From positions 2,356,001-2,420,000 of the forward strand of contig JAQOWU010000008.1 of assembly GCA_030867685.1 (NCBI GenBank): a stretch of DNA of 64,000 bases, read 5' to 3'. The DNA comes from Wickerhamiella versatilis. Lineage: Eukaryota. This document shows, one piece after another, positions 10,710 to 21,043 of this stretch. Below the pieces are notes generated by a model. The model worked only from the letters and a program-made list of their open reading frames with translations. It did not search any database and was not told the origin of the DNA. Positions within the stretch are counted from its first letter, which is position 1; each line of letters begins with the position of its first letter. The position numbers and the translations under genes were made by a program.

Positions 10710-12509
10710 ATGGTAGTAGTCAGTTCCTCCAAGGCTCAACGCCTCGCGAAGCGCGCTGAGAAGGAAAAGAAGAAGAAGGTAGAAAAGGGGGAAGAAGTGG
10801 ATGATGATGTTGATGAGAAGGCCGAGATCCTCGAGAAACTCAAGCTTCAAGAGGATAAGCACGGCATCTCGGACCGTGTGACCACGGGTGTCCTGACATC
10901 TTTGGAGACTTCGAGAGATATGAAGATAGAGCAACTCTCGTTGGTATTCCACGGTAAAGTTCTCCTTCAGGACTCTACCCTAGAACTGAATTACGGACGT
11001 CGCTATGGTCTTCTCGGCGCAAACGGATGTGGCAAATCTACATTCTTGCGGGCCCTTGCCGCTCGTGAATTCCCTGTACCTGATATCATTGATGTCTATC
11101 TGCTGAACGAGCCTGCTGAACCAAGTGAACTCTCAGCATTGCAGTGGGTGGTTCGCCATGCAGAGATGGAACTCGAACGTCTTGAAAAACTTGTGGAGGA
11201 GATATTGGAGAAGAACGGACCCGAGGACCCTGTACTTGAGGATCTTCACGATCGAATTGATGAAATGGATCCAGCCACCTTTGAAGTGAGAGCTTCGACT
11301 ATTCTACGTGGTCTTGGATTCACTGCCGCTACCGTACACAAGAAGACGGAAGATATGTCTGGTGGTTGGAAGATGCGTGTCGCACTTGCCAAGGCTCTTT
11401 TCGTAAAGCCCACGTTGCTACTTCTTGACGACCCCACAGCCCATCTTGATCTGGAGGCCTGTGTGTGGCTTGAAGAATACCTCAAGCGTTGGGATAGGAC
11501 TCTAGTATTGGTCTCACACTCTGAGGATTTCCTCAATGGTGTTTGTTCAAATATGATTGATATGCGTCAAGAACGTCTTATCGCTTATGGTGGTAACTAT
11601 GATACGTATATCAAGACACGTGCTGAATTGGAAACAAACCAGATGAAGCAGTATTATAAACAACAGGAGGAAATTCAGCATATCAAGAAGTTCATTGCGT
11701 CGGCCGGTACCTACGCAAATCTCGTCCGCCAGGCGAAGTCACGTCAGAAGATCTTGGATAAGATGGAAGCAGATGGTCTTATACAGCCAGTTGTACCTGA
11801 TAAGGTATTCTCATTCCGCTTCCAAGCTGTTGACAAACTGCCACCACCAGTCTTGTCTTTCGACGATGTGAGTTTCAGCTATTCTGGTAAGCCTGAGGAT
11901 AACTTGTATCAGGACCTTAACTTTGGTGTCGATCTTGATTCGAGAATTGCCCTGGTGGGTCCTAATGGTGTTGGTAAATCGACTTTGTTGAAGCTGATGA
12001 CCGGTGATCTTCTTCAAACAGGTGGCCGAATTTCCCGTCACACTCATCTTAAGATTGGTGTCTATTCACAGCATTCCCAAGAACAGCTCGACTTGACAAA
12101 GTCGGCCTTGGATTTTGTGAAGAGCAAGTATAGTCATATCTCTCAGGACTTCCAGTACTGGAGGCAACAGCTTGGGCGTTACGGTCTCACTGGTGAAGGC
12201 CAGACCGCCCTGATGGGCACCTTGTCCGAGGGACAACGCTCAAGAGTAGTATTCGCCCTCTTGGCCATTGAGGGTCCCAACATGATCTTGCTTGATGAGC
12301 CGACAAATGGGCTGGATCTCCCGACAATCGACTCGCTAGCCGAAGCAATCAAAGAATTCACCGGTGGTGTCGTCGTTGTTTCCCACGATTTCCGTCTTCT
12401 TGATAAGATCGCCAAGGATATTTTCGTATGCGAGAATAAGACTGCCACCCGCTGGGATGGAACCATTGGAGAATACAAGAAGAAGTTGGCTGCAAACGTT
12501 CAGCTTTAA
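10710..12509 (+). CDS. ARB1: ABC-F ATPase (ABCF2) for ribosome biogenesis
   Basis: Two ABC domains (GANGCGKST, GPNGVGKST) and SAGTYANLVRQAKS. First ATG is at 10710. Confidence 0.96.
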   Translation: MVVVSSSKAQRLAKRAEKEKKKKVEKGEEVDDDVDEKAEILEKLKLQEDKHGISDRVTTGVLTSLETSRDMKIEQLSLVFHGKVLLQDSTLELNYGRRYGLLGANGCGKSTFLRALAAREFPVPDIIDVYLLNEPAEPSELSALQWVVRHAEMELERLEKLVEEILEKNGPEDPVLEDLHDRIDEMDPATFEVRASTILRGLGFTAATVHKKTEDMSGGWKMRVALAKALFVKPTLLLLDDPTAHLDLEACVWLEEYLKRWDRTLVLVSHSEDFLNGVCSNMIDMRQERLIAYGGNYDTYIKTRAELETNQMKQYYKQQEEIQHIKKFIASAGTYANLVRQAKSRQKILDKMEADGLIQPVVPDKVFSFRFQAVDKLPPPVLSFDDVSFSYSGKPEDNLYQDLNFGVDLDSRIALVGPNGVGKSTLLKLMTGDLLQTGGRISRHTHLKIGVYSQHSQEQLDLTKSALDFVKSKYSHISQDFQYWRQQLGRYGLTGEGQTALMGTLSEGQRSRVVFALLAIEGPNMILLDEPTNGLDLPTIDSLAEAIKEFTGGVVVVSHDFRLLDKIAKDIFVCENKTATRWDGTIGEYKKKLAANVQL

Positions 12510-12663
12510 GTCGTTTAGAACAGTTTTCATTTCATGGCTTTTTTATTTTGGTGGGAATCTTATCAATCAACTTTTAGAGAAACATAGCTATACTAGAGGT
12601 AGTTATATTTTAAAGGGCACAGACTTTGTTCTCGTCTGATTTATATTTACCGCGTTTACTCTC

Positions 12664-15240
12664 TTAATTCTCTGGTTCTTCATCTACTGTGTCTTCCTGC
12701 ACTTTTTCTGAGGTTTCCTGGGATGGAGTTTCGACTGGTTTTTCCTCAGGCTGCTCATCCTCCGCCGCTGCATCAATCTCAGAGTCACTGACATCAATAA
12801 GGTCATCAACGTGCCGCCTTGCCTCTGTCTTCTCGCCCAGGTTTGAGGGGAAGGCCTCGGGATTCTTAGCTGGTTCCAAGATCAATTCGGCTATAGCTTC
12901 CCTATTATTGGCAATAAGCTGCTGTTTCCATTTTTCAACATTACTCTGAACGTCACCTCCGTAAGTTAGACTTAATAAAGCAGCCTCTGCCGAGCGTCCA
13001 GCACGGTGAAGCAGAGATGCGGCACCATCCAAATCCCCAACTGCCCACAGAGCATCAAAAGCAAGGTTGAAGCGACCCTGTTCAGTAGCCAGAGAAGCCA
13101 GTGATGAAAGCTTTTCTGAGTCTCCGGTGGATGTCCACACAAGAAGGAGCGAATCAAGATCCCCTGCCTTCTCAAAACAGTTGGCCGCACCATCAATGTT
13201 CCATGCACTCAAAAACCTGTCACCAAGTGCACGGTATTTCACTACAGACCCAGAGCTCTCTACAAGCTTTTGTGCCTCTGTAAGATTTCCAAGAATCAAT
13301 GCAAGATCAAACTTGTGATCAATATCCTTAGAGACCTCGTAGGCAAGATCTGTATACCCTTGTGCCTCAAGGAACCGGGCAACGCGGGTCTTATCGGACT
13401 CTGGAACCCGAGAAAGAAGTTCGGACGCGAGTTCCATGTCACCACGTAGAACAACGGTTTGATACTCGATAACAGCGAGTGAAAGTGCATGAGCTACCAC
13501 GTTCACATCCTTATCAGCAAGATAAATTGCATTATCCCGGGGAATGTAACCCAGTAAATACATGTCTTTGTCGTAATGGCTGATATTATAACTTTCGTTG
13601 CCCACCAAATAGTTCAGTCTGTTAGCAGTTGTAGTGAATACCAGGCAGTCACCAACCCATTTTGCCGTCCTTATCTTCTCAGGCAACTCTTGCACTACCT
13701 CAAACGCATCCTCAATTTCTACATCATCCTCAGCCTCCTCTAGAGTCTGCTGGACAGACTCTCGGTCATAACGCAGCACGAATGCTGACTCCTCTGTGAT
13801 CACTACAAGCAGCTCATCGCTATCTGCCCAGATGACTTGAGTAGCTTCGACATCGACACGCGCTACGAATTTCCCAGTTTCCCAGTCGTAGAAGGCCACG
13901 AAATCTTCGCCACCAACACCAAGCAGTTGTCCACCCCACAGTTTCGAGGTCGGGTATTCGATATCAAAATGGTCTGAGTCGCGCTCTGTAAAATTATGGT
14001 ATGCTCTTACACTTTGATCCGGAAGGCGTACAGCATACTCATTTGAATCAGATGACCAAGCGAAATCAAGAGCTGAGCCAAACATTTTGTTCCGCCATGC
14101 GAGAGCAGTATAAACAATATATTCTCCATCACCAACCACGGCAACAAACCTTCCATTGGGACTGTGCTGTAAAAAGGTGGGCTGAACTTCAACGGAACCT
14201 AGATCCTTTCCATTCAAAGGAACCATCTCATCATCCTCAGCATCAGCCGCACCACGAGGCCGAATAGTTGCACTGAAAGCTTCCAGATGCTTGGACCATA
14301 CCAGCTTGCCCGTGTGGTCCATGCTCACCGTTGGTTTGTCGGAACCCATGCGCAGCACTAGAGAGCCAGTCTCATAACCGATACTCACCAAGTTTGACCG
14401 AGGCTTGGCACAGACGCACCATGCACGCTCCATGCCGTAGTTGAGTGATTGTTCGAGCTTGTAGCTGCGAGCATTCCAAATCTTCACTGTGGAATCTTCA
14501 GACCCACTGATAATGATGGGGAGCTCCGGATGCCACACTGCAAAAGATACATTGTGAGTGTGGCCTACCAGTGTCGCAACGCAAGACTTTGACTGGTAGT
14601 CGAAGATCTTGATGGTCTTGTCATCACTCGTTGTCAGAATGTAAGGCTTGTCAGGGAAGGGATAAAATTCTACATAATTCACTCCCTTGGTTTCATGTGC
14701 CTGGAGGGTATAGTTAGCAACTGGAGAAGCAATACTCCAAACTTTCACCGTCTTGTCCATGCATGCGGTAGCGAATGAGTTGGGATCCTTGGGATTAATG
14801 GCGAGCCCAAGAATGTAGGAGCTGTGGCCGCGGTAGGTCTCCATAAGGCGCCAGTTCTCATCCCAGTTCCACATCTTAACCACCATATCGTCACCAGTTG
14901 ACAAGAGGAATGGCTGTGTAGGGTGCACCGCCAAGGCACGAATATAATCGGAGTGTGCCTCGAACTGTGCTACCTTTTCAAACGTATTAGTGTTAAATAT
15001 GCGAATCTGCATATCATCACCACCCAAAGCGATCCAATTTTTGCGGGGGATAAACCGACAAGCGCGTACTGGCTCCTTGGAAACTTCGATGGCCCGCAAC
15101 AGAACACCAGTTTCGTAGTTCCAGATCTGAACAGTGCCAGTAAACAAGGAAGTTAGTAGCCATGGCTCACTTGAGTGAACATCCACGCCTTTCACGCGGT
15201 ATGAGCGTCCTTGGAACTGCTTTTTTATGTCCACCTTCAT
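12664..15240 (-). CDS. SEC27: Coatomer beta' subunit
   Basis: WD40 repeats, FEAHSDYIR, YTALAWRNK. Conserved start MKVDIKK at 15240. Confidence 0.96.
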   Translation of the reverse strand: MKVDIKKQFQGRSYRVKGVDVHSSEPWLLTSLFTGTVQIWNYETGVLLRAIEVSKEPVRACRFIPRKNWIALGGDDMQIRIFNTNTFEKVAQFEAHSDYIRALAVHPTQPFLLSTGDDMVVKMWNWDENWRLMETYRGHSSYILGLAINPKDPNSFATACMDKTVKVWSIASPVANYTLQAHETKGVNYVEFYPFPDKPYILTTSDDKTIKIFDYQSKSCVATLVGHTHNVSFAVWHPELPIIISGSEDSTVKIWNARSYKLEQSLNYGMERAWCVCAKPRSNLVSIGYETGSLVLRMGSDKPTVSMDHTGKLVWSKHLEAFSATIRPRGAADAEDDEMVPLNGKDLGSVEVQPTFLQHSPNGRFVAVVGDGEYIVYTALAWRNKMFGSALDFAWSSDSNEYAVRLPDQSVRAYHNFTERDSDHFDIEYPTSKLWGGQLLGVGGEDFVAFYDWETGKFVARVDVEATQVIWADSDELLVVITEESAFVLRYDRESVQQTLEEAEDDVEIEDAFEVVQELPEKIRTAKWVGDCLVFTTTANRLNYLVGNESYNISHYDKDMYLLGYIPRDNAIYLADKDVNVVAHALSLAVIEYQTVVLRGDMELASELLSRVPESDKTRVARFLEAQGYTDLAYEVSKDIDHKFDLALILGNLTEAQKLVESSGSVVKYRALGDRFLSAWNIDGAANCFEKAGDLDSLLLVWTSTGDSEKLSSLASLATEQGRFNLAFDALWAVGDLDGAASLLHRAGRSAEAALLSLTYGGDVQSNVEKWKQQLIANNREAIAELILEPAKNPEAFPSNLGEKTEARRHVDDLIDVSDSEIDAAAEDEQPEEKPVETPSQETSEKVQEDTVDEEPEN

Positions 15241-15650
15241 GCGACGTGGATGATGACAAATGATTAAGCTGGCGTGTCGAAGGTGTGTCGAGGGAATGAT
15301 TAGGAGTAAAGGACTAAAAGGAAAATGAAACAATAAACAACTTTCGTTCAATTATTTATCCATAAATTAAAGGGCAATTTTGTATGCACTGTGTCTCGAT
15401 ATTGTTTTTGAGCTCTCCTTAGATCCAATAGTAAAAGATGCACATTTGTACTTCTGATCAGTTGCAAATTTTCGTATTTTGTTGTACGTTTTTCCTTTTT
15501 CAACTCAAATCTTATTGCTCAGGTCCTAAAAAACGTGATGCTTAATGGTGCCTTTGATAATACCCTGCATTGGCTCTGCCCCTAAACATTGACAGGCTAT
15601 TATCGAGAAATAAATTGAAGTAATTTACTACAATGCAATATAATTTTTTT

Positions 15651-15884
15651 TTAGTGAAAGGACCCTTTTTTGTTATCGCTACTAGCATAGATGTCCTGAA
15701 CGCTCATCATCAGTGCGGCCGTCGAGGTCCCTAATGATAAGAAAGACCGCGTATGTTTCTCCAGTCGCGTGCATTCGCTATCCAAAGCCCCCAGTTGGTC
15801 ACCGAGGCATTCTAGCTCTCTAAGAAGCTGCTGAGAGTAGAAATGAGAGCCCTGGAGCGGGCGTGTTATGCTCATACGTCGCAT
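15651..15884 (-). CDS. Small coiled-coil protein, probable DASH/Dam1 complex subunit Hsk3-like
   Basis: 77 aa from ATG 15884. Heptad helix QQLLRELECLGDQLGALD followed by LGTSTAALMM, resembling the Hsk3 LGxxxxALFM pattern. Confidence 0.45.
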   Translation of the reverse strand: MRRMSITRPLQGSHFYSQQLLRELECLGDQLGALDSECTRLEKHTRSFLSLGTSTAALMMSVQDIYASSDNKKGSFH

Positions 15885-16233
15885 TGTGTGGGAAGAATCT
15901 AGATGCTCAAAGAGAAAAGAAGAAGATAGAAGCTCCAGTCTGCATGGATTTCGAAAAGTCAATAGACTGTAATCGTCGGATGCCGCATCACTCTGTTTAT
16001 CGCGAAATAACTAGTGAAATAGTGGAGGTCAATTTACGAATACGAGGATACATAAATTTATTTTCTTAGAGAATAAACATCTAAGATGAGCATATCCCTC
16101 CCCAATGCACATATTAAATATAAAATGACACTTCACTAGGATTGCAGTACATTTTTTTATTCCCCTTCTTCATGAAGTGCCTTGTGCTGTAAATTACTAA
16201 TCAGGCATATCTTAGCAACAATCGAAAACCTAG

Positions 16234-16803
16234 ATGTGGATTTTCCAGTGGTTCACCGATATCCTTGCGAACTTGGGGCTTATGAACAAGAGAGCAAAGC
16301 TTCTCTTTTTGGGCCTTGATAACGCAGGAAAAACGACGTTGCTTCACATGTTGAAGACCGATCGTATTGCCACACTGCAGCCCACGCTGCATCCCACTTC
16401 CGAAGAGCTCAGCATTGGAAATGTGCGTTTCACCACCTTTGATCTCGGTGGACACGCTCAGGCACGTCGTGTCTGGAAGGACTACTTTCCTGAGGTGAGT
16501 GGTGTGGTGTTCTTGGTCGATGCTGCAGATATTGAAAGATTGCCAGAAGCGCGCGTAGAACTTGACCAGCTTCTTGCCATCCCAGAATTAGAGGGTGTGC
16601 CATTCCTGATTCTCGGTAATAAGATTGATGTGAGCACTGCAGTTTCGGAGGATATTCTTCGCCAGGAACTTGGAGTCTTTAACACTACTGGTAAGGGCAA
16701 AGTTCCACTGGAGGGCGTACGACCCTTGGAAATCTTTATGTGCTCCATTCGTATGCGCCAGGGATATGGAGATGGCATCCGTTGGTTGTCACAGTATGTT
16801 TAG
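16234..16803 (+). CDS. SAR1: COPII small GTPase Sar1
   Basis: [34 protein letters not shown]. Confidence 0.98.
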   Translation: MWIFQWFTDILANLGLMNKRAKLLFLGLDNAGKTTLLHMLKTDRIATLQPTLHPTSEELSIGNVRFTTFDLGGHAQARRVWKDYFPEVSGVVFLVDAADIERLPEARVELDQLLAIPELEGVPFLILGNKIDVSTAVSEDILRQELGVFNTTGKGKVPLEGVRPLEIFMCSIRMRQGYGDGIRWLSQYV

Positions 16804-16974
16804 AGAGCCTCGATTTATGCTATCTGCTCGTTCCGGTCCAACCGGCCACCCGGTCTTGGTCAATTTAAGCTAGAATTAGCATGATATATAGTTTATTGAT
16901 TGGACCCCAAGTTGGAAATTAGGAGTGCCACTCATAATATGATTGATTGACGGAAATATATGACTAGTGCGCAA

Positions 16975-19900
16975 TCACGTTTTTTGACGTTTCGATTGCG
17001 ATGCAAAATATTCTTTAGCACGTTCTTTACGCTTGCCTTCTCTGATAGATTCTTCTTTGGCGTTATTTGCAGCCATTTTCGCGCGTGCCTCGTCCTTCTT
17101 TGCCTTTCTCTTGGCATCTTTCTCATTTCGAAGTGTTGCCACCTTGACCATCAGGTCACGCAACTTCTTTTCCTCACCCCCAAGCACGACAGCACGCTTC
17201 TGCATGTAGGTCTGTTTAGATTGCGGCTTCATGGCCATCACCTGTGATGTGAATGGCAATGATGCTTGCAATGACTTGGGAACATGAAGAGGGTTAAATC
17301 GTCTGGTTTCCCGCTCTACTGGCTTACCATATGCTGAATCCTTCTTCTGCGGGACGCTCAGACCCTCTGCTGCCCTTACGGCCCCTGTCGGACGCATACC
17401 CTGCCACTCAGTCTTGTCACGCAGAAGCAAACTAGTCACTGGGTTATAGAACTTGCGCGCCTGTACAGGCCACCATGCGCGCAAGAGAATAATATCCGAC
17501 ATTAGAATCTTATCCTCAAATGTCGCCCTATAGTAACCTTCTGGTTTGGGCAACGCTCTTTTCACCTGGCCACGAACACCGCTTACCGTTTTGATTTGCG
17601 CACCTTCAAACCTGGCCACTTCCAAGGCACTTGTGAACATGTCCTTTATGAAGGCAGTATTCTTGAAAATCTTGAAAGGATGCCCCACAAGCTTAAGCTT
17701 CTTGACAATTTCCACGTGTTGATCTACCTCTTCCACAGTGCCCGTGGCAGAAACCCGGAAACTTGAGGATGTATCTTCTTCATTCACGCTACTGACAGCA
17801 CAGAAGCCTGTGTTTGGTGACACAAGCGGTCCCCAGAAAGTAGCTTGACAAAACATATGCTCGGGTGCATACTTCAGCATTCTTGTACGCGTACGAGAAT
17901 CAGAGGTCGTGTAAATGGGGCACGTTTGAAACCGGCGCCAGCCTAGCGACATAATCAGAGGATCGTTGGTTTTAAGCAAACGCTTGTACCAGCGATGGCG
18001 CTTGATGCGCACTCTGCTAAACCCGAATTGCGATTCATTAGATAGAAGCCCACCAACAATAACAGGATATCTGGGGTCGAAGTTATCAACAAATTCACAG
18101 GGAATGCCAGTGAATATCAGTCGGACATATGTTCCAGCACGAAAGCCCTCAACCTTGTCCCGTTGCTCATCCTCAAGATTTGCGAATACGCTTTTATTTA
18201 TCTCAAGTTGTTTGTCAATATTTGCTTTCTGCTGGTCATACCAGGTTTCTTCAACGTCTTCATCATTTTCACCTGTGCCCTCAGCTTCATCGGCCAACTG
18301 AAGCTTCAACTTTTCCTTCTTCAGCGCATTTTCCTCGCGTTGCTGTTCCACGGACTTTATCTCGGGTTTACCATTTGTTGCCTCGTCTTCTAGGTCTTCA
18401 AAATCACCCTCGTCATCCCCAGATGAGTTCTCAGGACGTACCTCTCGGTAAAATGCGTCACCCAGACTATCAACATCAACCTCAATGGTGTCCGGATAAT
18501 CAAGGAAAGTTTCTGGTCTTGAGCCATCCCCAATCTTCTTGGCCTCTCCGAAGAAATCATCCTCCTCGGGCACATCTTCTGGCTCGTCATCCTTGTAACT
18601 AGCCTCGTCTCCACCTCCTCTCCAATTACGAATTACATCTTCAGGTGGGAGTAGGGAATAAAGAAGCTTTGAGAGGCTCTTCGGTGCAGCACTAGCGGGT
18701 TGAAAATTATCCTTCCATTTCACATCACCCATGTCGGAGTCGCTGGCAAAATCCAACTCATCATGATGGCCATTTTCATCGGTCCAACTCACCTCACGGG
18801 CCTCTCTAAGGGAAGCACGGCCCTTATTCCCCAGCTGTGGGTCTTCAGGATCTTCCTCAATCTCACTCTCGTCAAGATCAGAAGCATTAAGAGCATCTGT
18901 ATTAGTGAATAGCTGCAAACTTTGTGGCGTATCATTGAGGCCGTGCTTTGCGCTTTGCAAATCAGTTACCATCTTCTCTCCCACCCCTTTTTCCTCACCA
19001 GGGACGAAAGAGGAACTGCCGACGTCAATATATACAGCATCCTTATCTATCATTACTCCACCAACATCACTCATAGGAGCGTATATTCTTTTTTGTTTCT
19101 CATCCAGTCGTCTTCGACGGTTAGATGGATCGCTTTCCTCTCGTTTGATTGCAAAAGGGGTGGGGCATGGATCAACAAGCCGCTCCACCTCACTTACCTC
19201 GAAATCACCAACGCCAGGAATATGAACTGGAGCTTTCTCCGAACGAAGTGGGGTACCCCGAAGATAACCATATAGTGCCACTGAACGATCACATTTTGGA
19301 TCAGCTTCAATGAGTCCTGGGTGAGTGACATCGGTCATACGATCAGCTAACAGATACGGATGCTCGTTTCGCCACTTTAATGGCCTGAATTTCATTACTG
19401 AAATAAAACGGGCAATATTAAGGATTTCACGGTCAGGATAGCGGCCATTCATGACACCGCTCAGGTAGAAAAGTTTAGCACCCTTGTAAACTTCCGTCCA
19501 AAAACGATTCTTCAGTGCCTTTTTGGACGCTCGCATCTGGCTGGGTTGCCTGAAAAGGTCAAGATGTGAGACGATACCAAGGATTCGTGGGAATCCATGG
19601 GTGGCGGCAATTTGTAGGAATTCCATTGTTTCCATTTCGAAACCGAAGTTTCCATCAATCATCAATAAAACAAGATCTGCGACCTTCGACATGTCAATCA
19701 TGGAATTCAAGTCATTTCCGCATTCCAGGAATGTCAAGCGCCTACGTTTGCCACTCACCACCGTTACCGGACCCCGAATATCAGACAGGGTGTGCTTTGT
19801 GTACCTTCTTACAAGACTCTTGATCAACGTAGTCTTTCCTACCCCATTTGGGCCAACCACGGCAATAAGCACTGGCGGTGGCTCCTCTGGTGTCCGGTCT

Positions 19901-20082
19901 ACCTGTGGCGTATGGAAACGCTTTTCCTTTAGATCATTGGCTCGCCGAGCCATTCTATCGAGCTTCCCCGGGTTTGCAACGGCAAATGCCTTAGCATTGT
20001 ATCCGTTTGCATGCATCTTTTTCTTTTTGGACTTATTAGGGTCCGAAGAACCCCGGTGGGCCCGGTTCTTCTGGTCATCCAT
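16975..20082 (-). CDS. BMS1: 40S biogenesis GTPase Bms1
   Basis: [32 protein letters not shown]. First ATG is at 20082. Confidence 0.97.
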   Translation of the reverse strand: MDDQKNRAHRGSSDPNKSKKKKMHANGYNAKAFAVANPGKLDRMARRANDLKEKRFHTPQVDRTPEEPPPVLIAVVGPNGVGKTTLIKSLVRRYTKHTLSDIRGPVTVVSGKRRRLTFLECGNDLNSMIDMSKVADLVLLMIDGNFGFEMETMEFLQIAATHGFPRILGIVSHLDLFRQPSQMRASKKALKNRFWTEVYKGAKLFYLSGVMNGRYPDREILNIARFISVMKFRPLKWRNEHPYLLADRMTDVTHPGLIEADPKCDRSVALYGYLRGTPLRSEKAPVHIPGVGDFEVSEVERLVDPCPTPFAIKREESDPSNRRRRLDEKQKRIYAPMSDVGGVMIDKDAVYIDVGSSSFVPGEEKGVGEKMVTDLQSAKHGLNDTPQSLQLFTNTDALNASDLDESEIEEDPEDPQLGNKGRASLREAREVSWTDENGHHDELDFASDSDMGDVKWKDNFQPASAAPKSLSKLLYSLLPPEDVIRNWRGGGDEASYKDDEPEDVPEEDDFFGEAKKIGDGSRPETFLDYPDTIEVDVDSLGDAFYREVRPENSSGDDEGDFEDLEDEATNGKPEIKSVEQQREENALKKEKLKLQLADEAEGTGENDEDVEETWYDQQKANIDKQLEINKSVFANLEDEQRDKVEGFRAGTYVRLIFTGIPCEFVDNFDPRYPVIVGGLLSNESQFGFSRVRIKRHRWYKRLLKTNDPLIMSLGWRRFQTCPIYTTSDSRTRTRMLKYAPEHMFCQATFWGPLVSPNTGFCAVSSVNEEDTSSSFRVSATGTVEEVDQHVEIVKKLKLVGHPFKIFKNTAFIKDMFTSALEVARFEGAQIKTVSGVRGQVKRALPKPEGYYRATFEDKILMSDIILLRAWWPVQARKFYNPVTSLLLRDKTEWQGMRPTGAVRAAEGLSVPQKKDSAYGKPVERETRRFNPLHVPKSLQASLPFTSQVMAMKPQSKQTYMQKRAVVLGGEEKKLRDLMVKVATLRNEKDAKRKAKKDEARAKMAANNAKEESIREGKRKERAKEYFASQSKRQKT

Positions 20083-21043
20083 GGTAAACACGAAGCTAGG
20101 TTTTTCTGATTATGAGATTTTTTTCAAGTTTTGTCACGTGATACTTCATTATGCGGATCTCATCAGCATCCCCAGAAAGGATTTTAACAGGATGAGTCGG
20201 GGAAAACAAAAAAAAAGAGAAAAGTAATAAAGAGGCAATAAAGAAATAGATAGATCGAAAGCAAAAGCAAATATGATTGAAACCGTTCAAGGGTACTAGA
20301 ACTTTCTTTGAAATGAGTCTCTTTTTTTCTCAACCCATTCACTGTTGCAGCAGAGGATTGGATGTAAATTATCTCTATGAAGAGTCTAACGTTTCGAAGT
20401 ATTCATCATTCCTATTTTCATTGAAACCTGTCTAGCAACGAGTTATATTGGTTAGATAAGCGCTTGGTAGCACTGAGCCTGGGAGTAAACTACCAACTAA
20501 AAACTACTGAAAGCAATTGTTTTAATGGCACTGAAGCATTGATTTAGCACCGTAAGCATTCAGTTAATGTTTTCAGGAAGTTTAAGTAGAATCCAGTCAG
20601 TGAGTCAAATCGATCTATTCCAAATGAGACACTATTGTCAAAGTTAAAAAGAAAAGATCGGTCTGCCTAAAGCGATTTACAATTCTTTTTCTTTAATATT
20701 TTTTATCTACGTAGGTTTCTAACTATTCAACCCACCCCTACTTCGTACATGAAATAATTATTCGTCGCCCGTCTAGTTAGTGTTCCAGCCCCATGATAGT
20801 AACCTACCGATATGCATGGGACGCATATCCTGGCATCTCCAGCTTCGACACATCATTGAAAACATATAATGGCACAATTGTAGACTTGATAAATGTTACC
20901 AGTCAGAAATAGAGCCAGAAAAGAGAGACAGCAATATGACAAGTCTTCTCGGCAGCAGCGTAGGTTATTGAAAACCTAGACCTACCCTTTCCCACAACAC
21001 GTACCCAGCGCAGAAGGAGAGTTTGCAAGAACTCCCACACGGC

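Noticed and set aside
19523-20227. 234-aa ORF antisense to BMS1 (similarly 37767-38279 on RPS5 and 51777-52304 on PSF2)
   Set aside because: Antisense shadows of conserved genes, with non-ATG starts and no recognisable motifs.
20230-21040. Long BMS1-ITC1 intergenic region as a hidden ncRNA or small gene
   Set aside because: I could not identify snoRNA/snRNA boxes, a convincing structure or an ORF by eye. An Infernal/Rfam scan would be needed.
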